This document shows positions 15,374-26,697 of a stretch of 64,000 nt of DNA, piece by piece. A program made the translations under genes and the position numbers. The stretch is taken from contig NW_027192198.1 in NCBI RefSeq assembly GCF_041956535.1, positions 854,940 to 918,939 of the forward strand, written 5' to 3'. Below the pieces are notes generated by a model that saw nothing but the letters and a program-made list of their open reading frames with translations, had not been told where the DNA came from and ran no database searches. Position 1 is the stretch's first letter. Each line of letters starts with the position of its first letter. Source of the DNA: Calcarisporiella thermophila CBS 279.70 (taxonomy: Eukaryota > Fungi > Calcarisporiellomycota).

Positions 15374-17080
15374 ATGTCTGAAGCAACTGAGAAGAAATCT
15401 CCGACTCAACCCCAGCAGGGTGCGGACGATTTCGAGATTCCTGTGTCAAAGACACGCGAGGAGGTCTATCAATTTCTAGAGTCGCTCGACTTCTCGCACG
15501 ATGAATCGCGCGATGTTGACGCTAAGGATGGAGGCGACCAGCATCCCCAAGCCGACCCGAATGAAATCTTAAGCTTTCTTGACGAGCTGGATTCCTCAAC
15601 AATGCCAGCTGATAAAGTCAGGGAAGATAAACAAGCTGCAGCCTCTGCCGCAGCAGAAGCTATGGATGAAAAGAGACTACTGAAGGAAGAGGAGTATAGA
15701 AGATTAGAGGGAAAGGAGAAAGAAGCTGGAGGAAACGGAACCGAGGAAATATCAACAGGAAAACGGAAGGACGGGCGTACAAATTCTACAAGTTGGTTGT
15801 CGTGGGGTACGTCGGTTTTAGGGGAAGCATTTAAGCATACAACCAATGCGGTCGAGAAAGGATTCTCAGAGGGCGGGGCCGCCCGTTTGCTCGAAGAGAG
15901 ATTGGGGTCCATCGTAAGTAAAGATTCCATTGGAAAACTGGGTAAGTACTTGCGAACATAACCACGAGTTACCCGTCCGGGCTCATTTTTATTCCTCCCA
16001 AATTTTTCACTGAAATACACAGGAACCAACATACATAAAATCACCAGTGAACTAATAGAAACTATTGCACCGCCCATAAGCGACCATGAGGTAATTCAAG
16101 TTTGGCTTGCGCATGACATGGTTGGATACATTGGGGTTGAAGCGCTTGTGTATCGTGAGTTTTCACGCGTGCTAGAGATGTCTCTAGAAGACAGCAACGT
16201 GGTTATCCGAAAGGGTAACTCACGCACCGTAGAGAGAGAAGTCGAAGACGACGCTGAGCGGCAACTCAATGCGTGCGATGGGTTTGCTGAGGCAATTAAA
16301 CTCGCACAGGTGAGACGACTTAATCCCTACAATAGAGTTTGCGAGAATGGCGAATCACCAAACCAATGTACGTATTTTCCCCTCTAGGCTAACGTGGACT
16401 ATTTGGTTAAAACTCACGGTGAGAGCTCTAATCCTCCCGAGCACCCACGGGACGTACCGAGTGGTGAAGTATCAGCAGGTGAACAGGATCCATATGCCAA
16501 GCTTCCGATTCATCGCTGTCCGGTATTCATTGCCTTACAACCCTGCTATACCACCCCCTCTGGCTTAGAGGGGGAGGCCTCTCAACTATTATTCTGCGTG
16601 CTACTAGTGGACACCGTCCATTCGATTCGTTTGTGCTGCTATTCCCAATCCATCCCGTCTAGCTGGCTTCTTATCCCCTACGAGAGCAATGAATGGGTTG
16701 AGGATAAGATGGTTGAGTGTATGCGGTTGGCCGTGCAGACCATTGCTCTAGATTACGTTTATGAACGAATGAAGCTGGGATCTTTGGCAGCAACTGTTGC
16801 TGGATATGAAACAAGGGAAAAAGAGGAGGTTGAGAAGAAAAAGGTAGTTGAGAAGGAAGAACCATCCGAGAAGAAAGAAGATGTCGAGAAGAAAGACCCT
16901 GAGAAGAAAGAACCTGAGAAGAAAGAGGAAGTTGAGCAGATACAAGGAGCTAAAAGGAAAGAGGGGGCTGGGAAAAAGGGGGGAGCAGAGAAGGGAGAGG
17001 TGGTCGAGAAGAAAGAGGGGGTTGGGAAGAAGGCGGGAGGTGAGAAGAGAGTCGAAGCGAAGAAGAAGGCGAAAAAATAA
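15374..17080 (+). CDS. MTC1: Maintenance of telomere capping 1 (Mtc1/DUF5427)-like protein with a K/E-rich tail (3 exons)
   Basis: TIAPPISDHEVIQVWLAHDMVGYIGVEALVYREFSRV and YSQSIPSSWL...NEWVED...QTIALDYVYERM resemble the Mtc1 core; introns at ~15952-16022 and 16310-16387. Confidence 0.75.
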
Positions 17081-18023
17081 TGGATTTTAACTAGATGGCA
17101 GGCGATTGACCTTTTATTATTCCTGCTTAATTCAATTTTTAGGATTATTTTTATTCTATTTCACAATTGTGTTTGTATTTTTCGTTTTCGTTTCTTTTTC
17201 CGTCTTTGTCTTTTCTTTATAATTCTCCTGCTTGGTGAATTATAAATAATATATATCTGTATACAAAGTTTCCATGAATATAATTGCTGCTCTTGACATT
17301 GCTTCCATAATACTCGAATATGAATACAGTATAATACTCTTTCATATTTCATTTAAGAACAACTCCGATTTTATGAATCCCTATTCTTGAACTCAAATCG
17401 TAGCAGGAGAAGTTAAACCTAAGTGCTATTGAAAAATGCGAATTCGAACTTCAAGCTATAAAGAAAAAAAATCTGAAAATAGAACTGAGCTGACTTTGAA
17501 TATTAAATCGTTTCATGCATCCCATAATACAGGCACAGAATATAAATAAGCCTGCTCATCCAATTTTTGGAACCTTGTAAACATCAATAAGGGCGACCAA
17601 TTATTTTGAATTTTGCTCGCAAAGATTCGTCTTTGGTTGAGGTTGTAAATTCAAAATCCAGACATCGTTCCGAGACTAACTGAGCGTTTTAAAACCATTG
17701 CTTGGACTCTGGGCATGAGAAGGAATGACCTGAGACGCCAACACATTATAAATGTCGCAAAGATAAAGAAAGAAATTTAGAATGGAATATTGACAGGATT
17801 TCGATGATGATTAACCTGATTGAGCTAGTAATCTTAACGAGAAATCGATTTGCCAATACTACTCTTATTCAAAATCAATTATTATTATGCTTAAAGGCAT
17901 CTGACTAGCGAAAATTATCTTTTCGAAACTAAAATTCAAGACATTTCACAATGGGCCAGAGAAAAAGGGTCCTTTAAAACAAAAAGCAATTTTATTATAA
18001 TGTTTTCAGCAAAAACAAGGAGT

Positions 18024-18645
18024 TTAGATGTTGGAAGGGTACAGCATCTACAGAAAGAAATTCGTATTAGTCCCGCAGCATTGAATTATGTGAAATAAAA
18101 AAAAAGAAAGCTTACCACACGCACGGAGGCACCGAATGCCCGTGGAGGAAGGTTCGACCTGAATTTCGCCTTCACGACGCCAGAGGTACCATGAGGACGC
18201 GTGACACGGCCCCAGATCACACGGATTTTCGATCCATTAACCTCACGCTTTGCACGGTATACGTAAGCCACACGCTTACCGAGGTAGAACTCAGCATCAG
18301 CAGCGGTCTTGAGGTTCTCGATCTGGAGAAGTGAGGTGTTGGGAGATTGGTTGCGCTTGGCACGCTTGAAACCGAGGACACGGCCCTTGGCGTAGAGACT
18401 AATGTCAAGAAGAAAAATAAGTCAGACAATTATACATTATAAAGAGCTAAGCGGATTCAGAATGGGACAAAAATGCTGATCTGGGGTAGATCAACATGCG
18501 GTGACAATTCTTAAAATGAAGATTATCATAACAAAAAATTCTATCCAGCAAGTAAATCATGCTTCCATGTCTCCATACCCATCCCATCCATCCATCCATC
18601 TGTAGAAAGTGCAAATTTGGATCCTTACCGAACAGGTTGAGCCAT
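18024..18645 (-). CDS. RPL33: 60S ribosomal protein eL33 (L33/L35a), 3 exons
   Basis: MAQPVR|[27 protein letters not shown]...[33 protein letters not shown]...|MLYPSNI*. Confidence 0.96.
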
Positions 18646-18733
18646 TTGTTCCTGTTATATGTCTTTGACTGATGAAAGAGGAAGGATCCAGCGTCTATGA
18701 ATTTTGTTCTCTTTTGTCTCGACGACTTTGTTC

Positions 18734-18757
18734 TTGTGACGTCACAAAGCAGTCACA
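18734..18757. promoter_or_regulatory. Bidirectional RPL33/Y14 promoter core: 14-bp CRE palindrome followed by a HomolD box
   Basis: TTGTGACGTCACAA (18734-18747) is a perfect palindrome with an ATF/CRE core. CAGTCACA (18750-18757) matches the HomolD element of fungal ribosomal-protein promoters. Both lie in the 169-bp divergent gap. Confidence 0.65.
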
Positions 18758-18814
18758 CTGCCTTTAACAATACTCGAGGATCTCTTGAAAAAATATTAAA
18801 AAATAAGAAGCACC

Positions 18815-19679
18815 ATGGTTGATCATGAAGATACGATGGCGGTTGACGAAGGTGAATCCATTCGTTATTTTTGAAAAGCCTTTATTCTTCATTACTAGGC
18901 ATGTCCATTTACCTAATATGGTTGCTATTTCTAGTCAACCTCAGAGACGAGAAGAGAGAATCGAAGGAGGGAGAAATAAAGCGTAAAGGCCGAGGGTTTG
19001 GTAGTTCAAACGGTAAGTAGCTTAATCAGACGTTCAAATGGGGATGCTCTCTGCTGATCCCTTTTTGATGTACTTTTCAACGGTAACCATTAACAAATCC
19101 AATTTTATTTATGAGGGAAATAGATCGTCGTGAAGGAGTCAAAAGTTCAGACAAGTATGATACAATGGAGACAGATAGTACTTCTGAGGGTCGAGCACAG
19201 CGATGTACGTGTGTTTCACGTATTCGGATTGTCCTAGTAAACCATTCTTATCCAATCTGATCTTGAATAGCTATCGAAGGATGGATAGTCCTTGTAACGG
19301 GTGTGCATGAGGAGGCCACCGAAGAGGACATTATGGATCGTTTCGGTGAATTCGGGCAAATTCAAAACTTACATCTGAATCTGGACAGACGAACGGGTTT
19401 TGTTAAGGTATGACTGAATCGTATTAAACATAAAGGGCTTCTCTTCCTCTAAACTTTGACGGTTGGTAGGGCTATGCGCTTATTGAGTACGAGACATATA
19501 AAGAAGCCAAACTTGCAGTAGAGAGTACCAATGGGACACGGTTACTTGATAAAGAGATATCATGCGATTTTGCTTTTGTTCGGCCACCGCTCGCAGGTAA
19601 CTACGAGCGACGAGGCCGAATGGCTGATAGGTTAGGAACTAGCATTAGACGACGAAGCGCAAGTCCCGGAGAAAAGTGA
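18815..19679 (+). CDS. RBM8A: Exon-junction complex RRM protein Y14 (5 exons; absent from the ORF track)
   Basis: Spliced KRKGRGF...[57 protein letters not shown]...CDFAFVRPP...[10 protein letters not shown]. Confidence 0.95.
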
Positions 19680-19868
19680 GGAATATGTAGGAGTTTATGC
19701 TATTGAGGAATTAATGCAGTAGATGGTTACGTTTCGATAAAATTTCTTTTACGTTGAGAGGAGATTTCCGTGTGTTATAGAAGTTTTTTGGTTCCTTTTC
19801 GTGTCTCTGTGGCTTATGCACCCTTTATTAATGAACTCGTTTTTTTACTCTTCTAAAATTCGGTTAAA

Positions 19869-20256
19869 ATGTCCACTTCAAATCAACATCCTCCAAGCCC
19901 ATTCAATTTGGAATCGAGAGAGGTAAATTCTCTTTTTACGCGATGAATGCCATCTTCAAGTGAATGAAGGGAAGATGACAGTTTAGAATTTCTCATTTCG
20001 GACTCTACCTACTTGCAGGTATCGTCTGATGAATTTGAATCTCTCAAACTTGTTCGCGCGTCAGTGCAAGCAGTTTCTCTCATGGCTAACAAAATGCTCA
20101 AAGATCTCGAGACAATAACGAAGAATTATGAGGCAATTGCTGGTAAGCTTAATTTGTAGATCCCAGGATGTTATGAGTCTCAACGTGGAATGATCTATAA
20201 ATAATATAGAACTTAATGAGAGGTGGCGACCCTTTTTAGAGGGCAATAATCGATGA
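19869..20256 (+). CDS. Small (~75 aa) coiled-coil protein, tentatively DASH/Dam1-complex subunit-like (Duo1/Dad2 type); 3 exons
   Basis: GT-AG splicing gives MSTSNQHPPSPFNLESRE|VSSDEFESLKLVRASVQAVSLMANKMLKDLETITKNYEAIA|ELNERWRPFLEGNNR*, a heptad helix ending in a Trp motif. The gene model is better supported than the family call. Confidence 0.5.
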
Positions 20257-20520
20257 TGTCTATTATATTCGGATCTGTACGGTGGTAAGTGTGCCACGTT
20301 TATCAACCTATATAGGTCGATATTTATCAGCAGGCACTGATTCATGAAAGTCGGCAGGTTTCCATAAAATTCACCTCTCTCCTCTAGGTTGTAATATTAT
20401 CTTATAAAATATATTAGATAGAAATAAACATTGGTAAATATCATTAAAACGTCGCTATATTTACACGCAAGCGATATAAATAGTCTAATTTACAAATTCC
20501 TTTGATCTCTGTGAAAGATG

Positions 20521-21983
20521 TCAGGTCTCGTCCAACACACAAAAACTAGTTATAATTTTAACTGTCCCATTTTTCTGCGCGTCTTCTCTCCCCTTGAGAG
20601 GTAGTTCCACCCACGGTCGGAATATTCTCACTCGTCGCCCAATCTCCAGCTTTTCTAGTTCCTGTTTTTTTGAATTGGTTGATACAAAGTCTGTAGCAAA
20701 CACGACATGTAGAATGTCCTCACATTCGCCATTTGTTGAGGGAGCGTTTGAGTTCTCTTGGAGGCAGAGGCAAGAGACCAGGTCAAATTCACTACGTTTT
20801 GCAATGATGCTCACAACGACTGAGCTGTTGGGAGAGGTTACACCTTGACTCTGAGCTCGCATTCGATGAGCCCATATTGCATGCTCCGACCTTTCGGCTG
20901 ATATAAATCCTATCATTTGCTCTGCATATCCTCCGCTCAGATATTGCGTCTTTTTTCGGTGGGGAGACCATTCATTTCCGGTGATCTCTTTATTTTCTCT
21001 ACTCGCTTCTTTGGTTGCCTCAGGTAATCTTATACTCTTTATCCATTGCGAAGGACTAGTGGTTGATGGTGGAGAGGAGTGAAAGGTACGAGGCTGTTTG
21101 AGTAGGAAAATCGAGGCGAAAGGTGTGTGGGAAGTACGAGAATTGGTAGTCTGGGGAGGTGTTTGTGGGGTCTGACTCGCTGGGACTTGAGTTGACACGA
21201 CCGCAGGTTCCTAGTCATAGAATGAGGGTCAGGGACACCGCTTTAATCACGGAATAATTACAAAATAGAAATATTACAGATTTTGGGTTGGAGGATTCGT
21301 CATTTAAGAATACGTCTGAAAAGTCATCTGAAAAATCGTCCTCGAAGATATTGTCTAAGGAATATGCGTCAAGATGCACCTACACAAACCATAGGTTATT
21401 GGAAAATAGTATTACAGGAGATAAACTGCTCATTAAACCTCAGCCATATTAGATGAAGAGCCGCATTCGGCTTCCTCGATGATATCAAACACTCTATCAC
21501 TTTTCGAGTCAGGAACAAGTGTTATGATTGACGCACTCTCGACATCCTATCAAACATAACGCGTATATATTACAATGAATTGCTAGTTAGCAGTCCCGAG
21601 AATTGCTTTACTAACGTCATGATTCTCTTGTTTCCTTCTTTTTCCAAAGGGAATAGGGAGGGTAGGAGGCTCTATAATAAAAATTAAAGATTATCTAATG
21701 AATCGATTGAACTAGCCGTTAGAGAAAATCATTCACCATCAGCGACAGTAATTTCATCCTGATTTAAACTTGGGTATCGTTTTGTCAGAGGTGACGGAGC
21801 TGACGGTGGTGACGAGCATGGATCTTCAATATCCATATCGTCTTTTTCTTGTACCGCAAAATGGAACAAAGGAGGTTGCGTGATGCCATACCCTCCAGCA
21901 TTATTTGTATTTGCTGTCGTTAAATGTGGTGGCGATGGTGCATTTTGTGTATTAAGGTGCGATATACCCCTAAATTTATTCAT
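20521..21983 (-). CDS. SPIDR N-terminal domain (DUF4502)-like protein, ~5 exons
   Basis: Acidic, disordered N-terminus; last exon has GGYAEQMIGFISAERSEHAIWAH...VVFA...GRRVRIFRPWVEL...IITSFC, the same motif order I recall for animal SPIDR (GLAERL..LQNRERSAISLWRH...VLF...VRIFPPWQKL...ILNTYFC). Confidence 0.62.
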
Positions 21984-22244
21984 AGTAGCTCAAAAGAGAT
22001 TCAAAGGATCAAGTTGGAGTCAGGGTCATAGTAATATCGGAAGTATGAAATATTTCTGCAATATGGCCAGTCACAAATTAAACACCTTTAAGGTTGTCAA
22101 GGAAAGTTACAAAAATAACTCTGTGGCAAGACTACTCTCCAACGTCTCCTCATCTTCTCTTACCATTGAAACCCATTTTACGTTGAATTGTTGTCAATTT
22201 GAATACATTAATTCAAGGAGATCTAGTGGATATATTACGACACT

Positions 22245-24365
22245 ATGCAAGAAGAACCCAGAGTTAATGATCAAGAAGGCAATCATGGGTATAAAGTTAA
22301 AGACAAAAACGATCATGAGCATGGAAAGCGGAATTGGGTTGATACTGCAATAGAATATAACTACACAAAAAAAACGGAAGGTATGCCTGTTAAAAAGCGA
22401 GTTAAGGTTATTAGTGATGTGGAGAGGGGCAATTCAGTTCCAGAATTGAATGAGTATAAGCCTGTAACGCTCATCAACCCGAGCAATGGAACCAAAGGAT
22501 CGGAGCTGAACACTGCAACATCTTTGGTGCGGGTGGATGAGAATGCTAATTCTAAGCAGAATACTAGTGCAGATGTTGAAATGTTATCAAAAGCTGAGAT
22601 TAAATTAGATCAGAAAGAAGATCGACCGAGCATATTAATATCCTCTAGTTCCAACACTGATAATATTGAAAATACAAGATCCGAAAATGCAGCTGAGCCG
22701 GCTAACAAAGATGTTTCTGTTGGACAAGATAGTAGAAGTAATACTGATATCCTACCGGAGAAACGCTCAGTAGGCGACCGACCCAGTTCTATTCCACAGC
22801 AGAAAGTGGATAGTGTACCGTCCTCTTCAAAAAAGACTTCAAAAGAGCAAGGGGAAAAACCTGATGATGATGCAGCAATTGCAAAAACTGGAATTTTTAA
22901 GGGCAAGGCCTTGCGCCTTCGACACTCCAAAGAAATTGTACTGGAGAATGTCAAGAAATATCGGCCGTGTAAGTATATTATTATTACCATTTAAATCATT
23001 GATGAGAGTTTATCACTACCTATATCCTTAGATTTTGTATCGTCAGCTGAGGCGGATTCTGAACCTGCAACCCCGCAATCTCCTGCATCACTGAGAGATG
23101 CCCTCCCTGATATCCCTATTGTCGCAATCGAATACCCAAGAACCCAAGAAAAGTAACTTATTTATAATTGACTCGGTATTTTCTAAAATTTGAATATATC
23201 TCATGGCTTTTTTTATTTTTAGCTTCGCTCTACTTAAGCCAGTCACCGGCACTAAGAGCCAAGACGAAGATCGACATGAATATAACCCTCTCGTAGACAT
23301 TGTTCGCACTGCGGAGTTCCTTGTTGAACATTATACAAATGCTTCGCAAAAAACCCTCTTTGGCGATGAATCACAAGGCATTCTTCGCAATCTTAACAAA
23401 TTCAAAAATCGACGCGATCTGCCCAATTTTCTTGCATCAGTTAAAGAGTTCAATAGGGTTATGCGGAAGTTGAAGGATGATGGGAGTATACGCGCGAATT
23501 CAAAGGTTGTAGCGGCGCGACCGCCACATGACCTGGTTCGCCATGTCCTTTTTCAAATATACTCTAGAACCGTAGCACCGCAGGCTGATCGCCTAAATGA
23601 TTACAAAGGTAGATAATAATTGGTAGCCCATTTGCATTGTACTCATTTTTACAATTTCTTCCCCCTACTAGCCTTTTCGAACAATGTCTATGGCGAAATC
23701 CTTCCCATTTTTGTTGATGAGCTTATTGAGAGAGCCGGAATCACTCGCAATTCCGTCTTCATCGATTTGGGGTGTGGTACCGGAAACGTGGTATTACAAG
23801 TTGCAGCACAAACCGGATGCGAGGCATACGGCATTGAGATCCAACCAACCCCAAGCAAGCTAGCAATGCTCCAGCTAGAGGAGTTTTTGGCTCGTATGCG
23901 GTATTTATTATATATATGGCTGAGTTTGCTGGTATGTTCACTAAATCGGTGATTTATGGTTCCTCCCCTAGGGCTTATCGCCTCCAGCACGGTACTGTTC
24001 GCATTTGGCAGGGCGATTTTCTTGACCATTCTCAAACCACGTCTATCCTTTCCCGTGCCGATGTAGTCCTCGTCAACAACTACGCCTTCGACGCAGAGCT
24101 CAATCAAGCACTTCTGCAACGCTTCCTTGACCTGAAGGAAGGCTGTCGTATCATTTCACTCAAATCATTCGTCTCCATTCATCACCAAATAACGGCTAGG
24201 AATATTGATGCAGTGGAGAACATATTAAGGGTTAAAGAGCATCCCTACTGGACACAGTATGTGAGTTGGACCCACAACGGGGGGATGTATTATATACACA
24301 CGGTGGATAGGGGACCATTGAATCGATTCTTGGAAAGAATGCGAGGGGGTAGGACAAGATCCTAG
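22245..24365 (+). CDS. DOT1: Histone H3K79 methyltransferase
   Basis: QIYSRTVAPQADRLNDYK|AFSNNVYGEILP, VFIDLGCGTGNVVLQVA, GIEI, GDFL, ADVVLVNNYAF, LKEGCRIISLKSF and VSWT..GGMYYI. Confidence 0.95.
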
Positions 24366-25087
24366 TGTATATTTATTTGTCTTCTTTATAATTATTATTT
24401 ATGAGCATTTCAGTTTATATTTGGGTTTATTTTTCTTTTTCCTTTTATGTAGTGTTTTAGTTAATGGAGTTGTAAATTTTTAGACTTAATTTGAGACGAA
24501 GCTTTTTATACCAGATTTTCATCCTCTGTGCTGTCGAGGTGAGCTAGGATAATTTTGCAGTTTGTCATGTGTATAATGCCACGAAGTTTCCCGACCAGTA
24601 TCTTTGAAATGCCAAACTTGTAGTTGATCTGGTTTTTATAAATTAAACCGAACTTGGACTTCGATATCAAAAGGAAGCTTGGAGAGCCCGAATAATTTTT
24701 ATGCCAAAACTGCTTTAGGGCAATTGTTCCTTGTCGTCCAAAAAAAATAAATATTGCTACAATTGTTATTCATTAGTTACTATGTTTTAATCATTGCTTG
24801 ATGTGAAAATTGTACCGTTAACCGTTGTATTTACGACAATTTTATTTCAGAAACTTGCAGACAATGATGACTGCAATTGCACGATAATATCCTTTATTTG
24901 TACAAACGTTAATATAGATATGTCTCAGAATGGCATTTGCCTATATTACACCCCATGTTGAATAGCTCATTGAAATTATTATCTTCATGGAGTGAGCTTT
25001 ACTTTTCTTTCACTTTTTAATCTCTTTTTGTTTTATCTCATTCAAACCAAATTATCTGTTTATCCAAAAATCCCAAGATAACTTACT

Positions 25088-26465
25088 ATGTGGACTATAC
25101 CCCTTTTGTTTCTATCCTTTTTGACGGTAACACGGGTTGCTTCGCTCCGTATTATACGGCAGGAGGTTGTTGCAGCTGAGGATGCGGGTGCCAAGAATGC
25201 TACACTTCCACCCGACACACTCAAACTAAATTTTTCAGACCCATCTCTACAAGAATCGGAGGCTTCAAACCAGGCCCTGCTGAATTTAACAACTCCAACT
25301 CGTAAAAATTACCTGCTTTCCGCAATACAGAGTATACCAGATGATCCTGATCATCAACCTATTAATGATGTGCAAAAGACGGCACTGCAGAAATACTGGA
25401 AGCTCACGGTGGCAGCATATAGCTTCTGGCTAAAGCCTGGTCCTTTCAAATGCTTTTTCTATTGCCCGGATTTCAAAGAAACTGTTATTATCGATAGATT
25501 TATCGCTCAGCCCCTTGGTGTTAAAGGTTACATTGCTAGAGACGATAAGCGAGGTGTAATCTGGATCTCATTTAGAGGGATCTTCTCACCACAGCAAGCT
25601 ATGGCTGCTGCAACTTGGGTTCCCATTCCGTTTGGGCGGAAAGCTTTTGGGTCATTAGTTCATTCAGGTAGAACATATATATTTATACCACGGTCAGAGT
25701 TAATTCATGTTATCCAATTTAATCCATCGCTTTCTTCAATGATTTAGGTGCCTATTTCACTTGGTTGAATGCAAAGGACACTGTTTTGAAGGCATTGAAA
25801 GATCAAATGAGCAAATATCCGGATTACGATATCGAGATTTTGGGTCACAGTTTAGGTGCAGCGACTGGCACCATATGTGCGGCTAGCTTAATAGATAACA
25901 ATGTTGTCAAGCCGGAAAAAATATTCCTTATTGCGTTCGGTGGACCACGTGTTGGAAACTACGTTTTCGCAAACCACTATGGGAAGGCTTTCTTTTCTAA
26001 GCGAATAGTGAACAAGAGAGATCCTATACCTCATGCTGCTCCCATGATATTATTTAAGGTGAGCTGCAGCGTGAAACAAGCGTGAGGTATCCCTTCTTCT
26101 CAAATCCTTCGATTTGCATTGATAGCATTTCCCACATGAAATATTCGTAAGTCCTTCCGGAAAAATAATCCAATGTAAAGACGGGGAGGATTGGAAATGC
26201 TCAAAGGGTCTGCCACCTCTTCTCTATAACCCAATGGATGTAAGCTTATCGACACCAGGTTTATAGATTTCTTAACTTGTACATCTTTTTTGACAGTTTT
26301 TCCCTCTATTTTTAGCACTTTGGTTTCCTAGGGGTTAATATTGTCTTGAATGTGGCAGAGACCTTCCGTCTCTATCCGGGTCTACAAGAGGCTGCTGACG
26401 CAGTCAAGGGTATGTTCGATTCAAAAAATCCGTCTTCGCTTCGCCGACTTTTTTTTGGATCCTAG
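25088..26465 (+). CDS. Secreted class-3 (Rhizomucor-type) lipase
   Basis: Signal peptide and propeptide, ISFRG oxyanion motif, VHSG, GHSLG nucleophile elbow, FGGPRVGN, RIVNKRDPIPH and a C-terminal His (QHFGFLG). Confidence 0.9.
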
Positions 26466-26697
26466 GAGTTGATATCTCGCTTTCATTTACTTCAAATACT
26501 TCACAATTGAGAAAAGGCGTTTCCCCATGCTATCCTCCGACTATCTCTAAAATTACTCTATTTCTATGTCGAATATAATAAAGGGATCATAGGAATCAAA
26601 CTTCATAATAATTAATAAATAAGATAGGAATCCAAGGTAGCAAGGAGAAAAAAAAAAGAAACAAGAGAAAGGGTAGAGAGGATACTATTTCCCTCAA

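Noticed and set aside
17800-17910. ATGATGA...CTGA box C/D-like pair between MTC1 and RPL33
   Set aside because: Short motifs in AT-rich DNA, weak terminal stem and no convincing guide next to box D.
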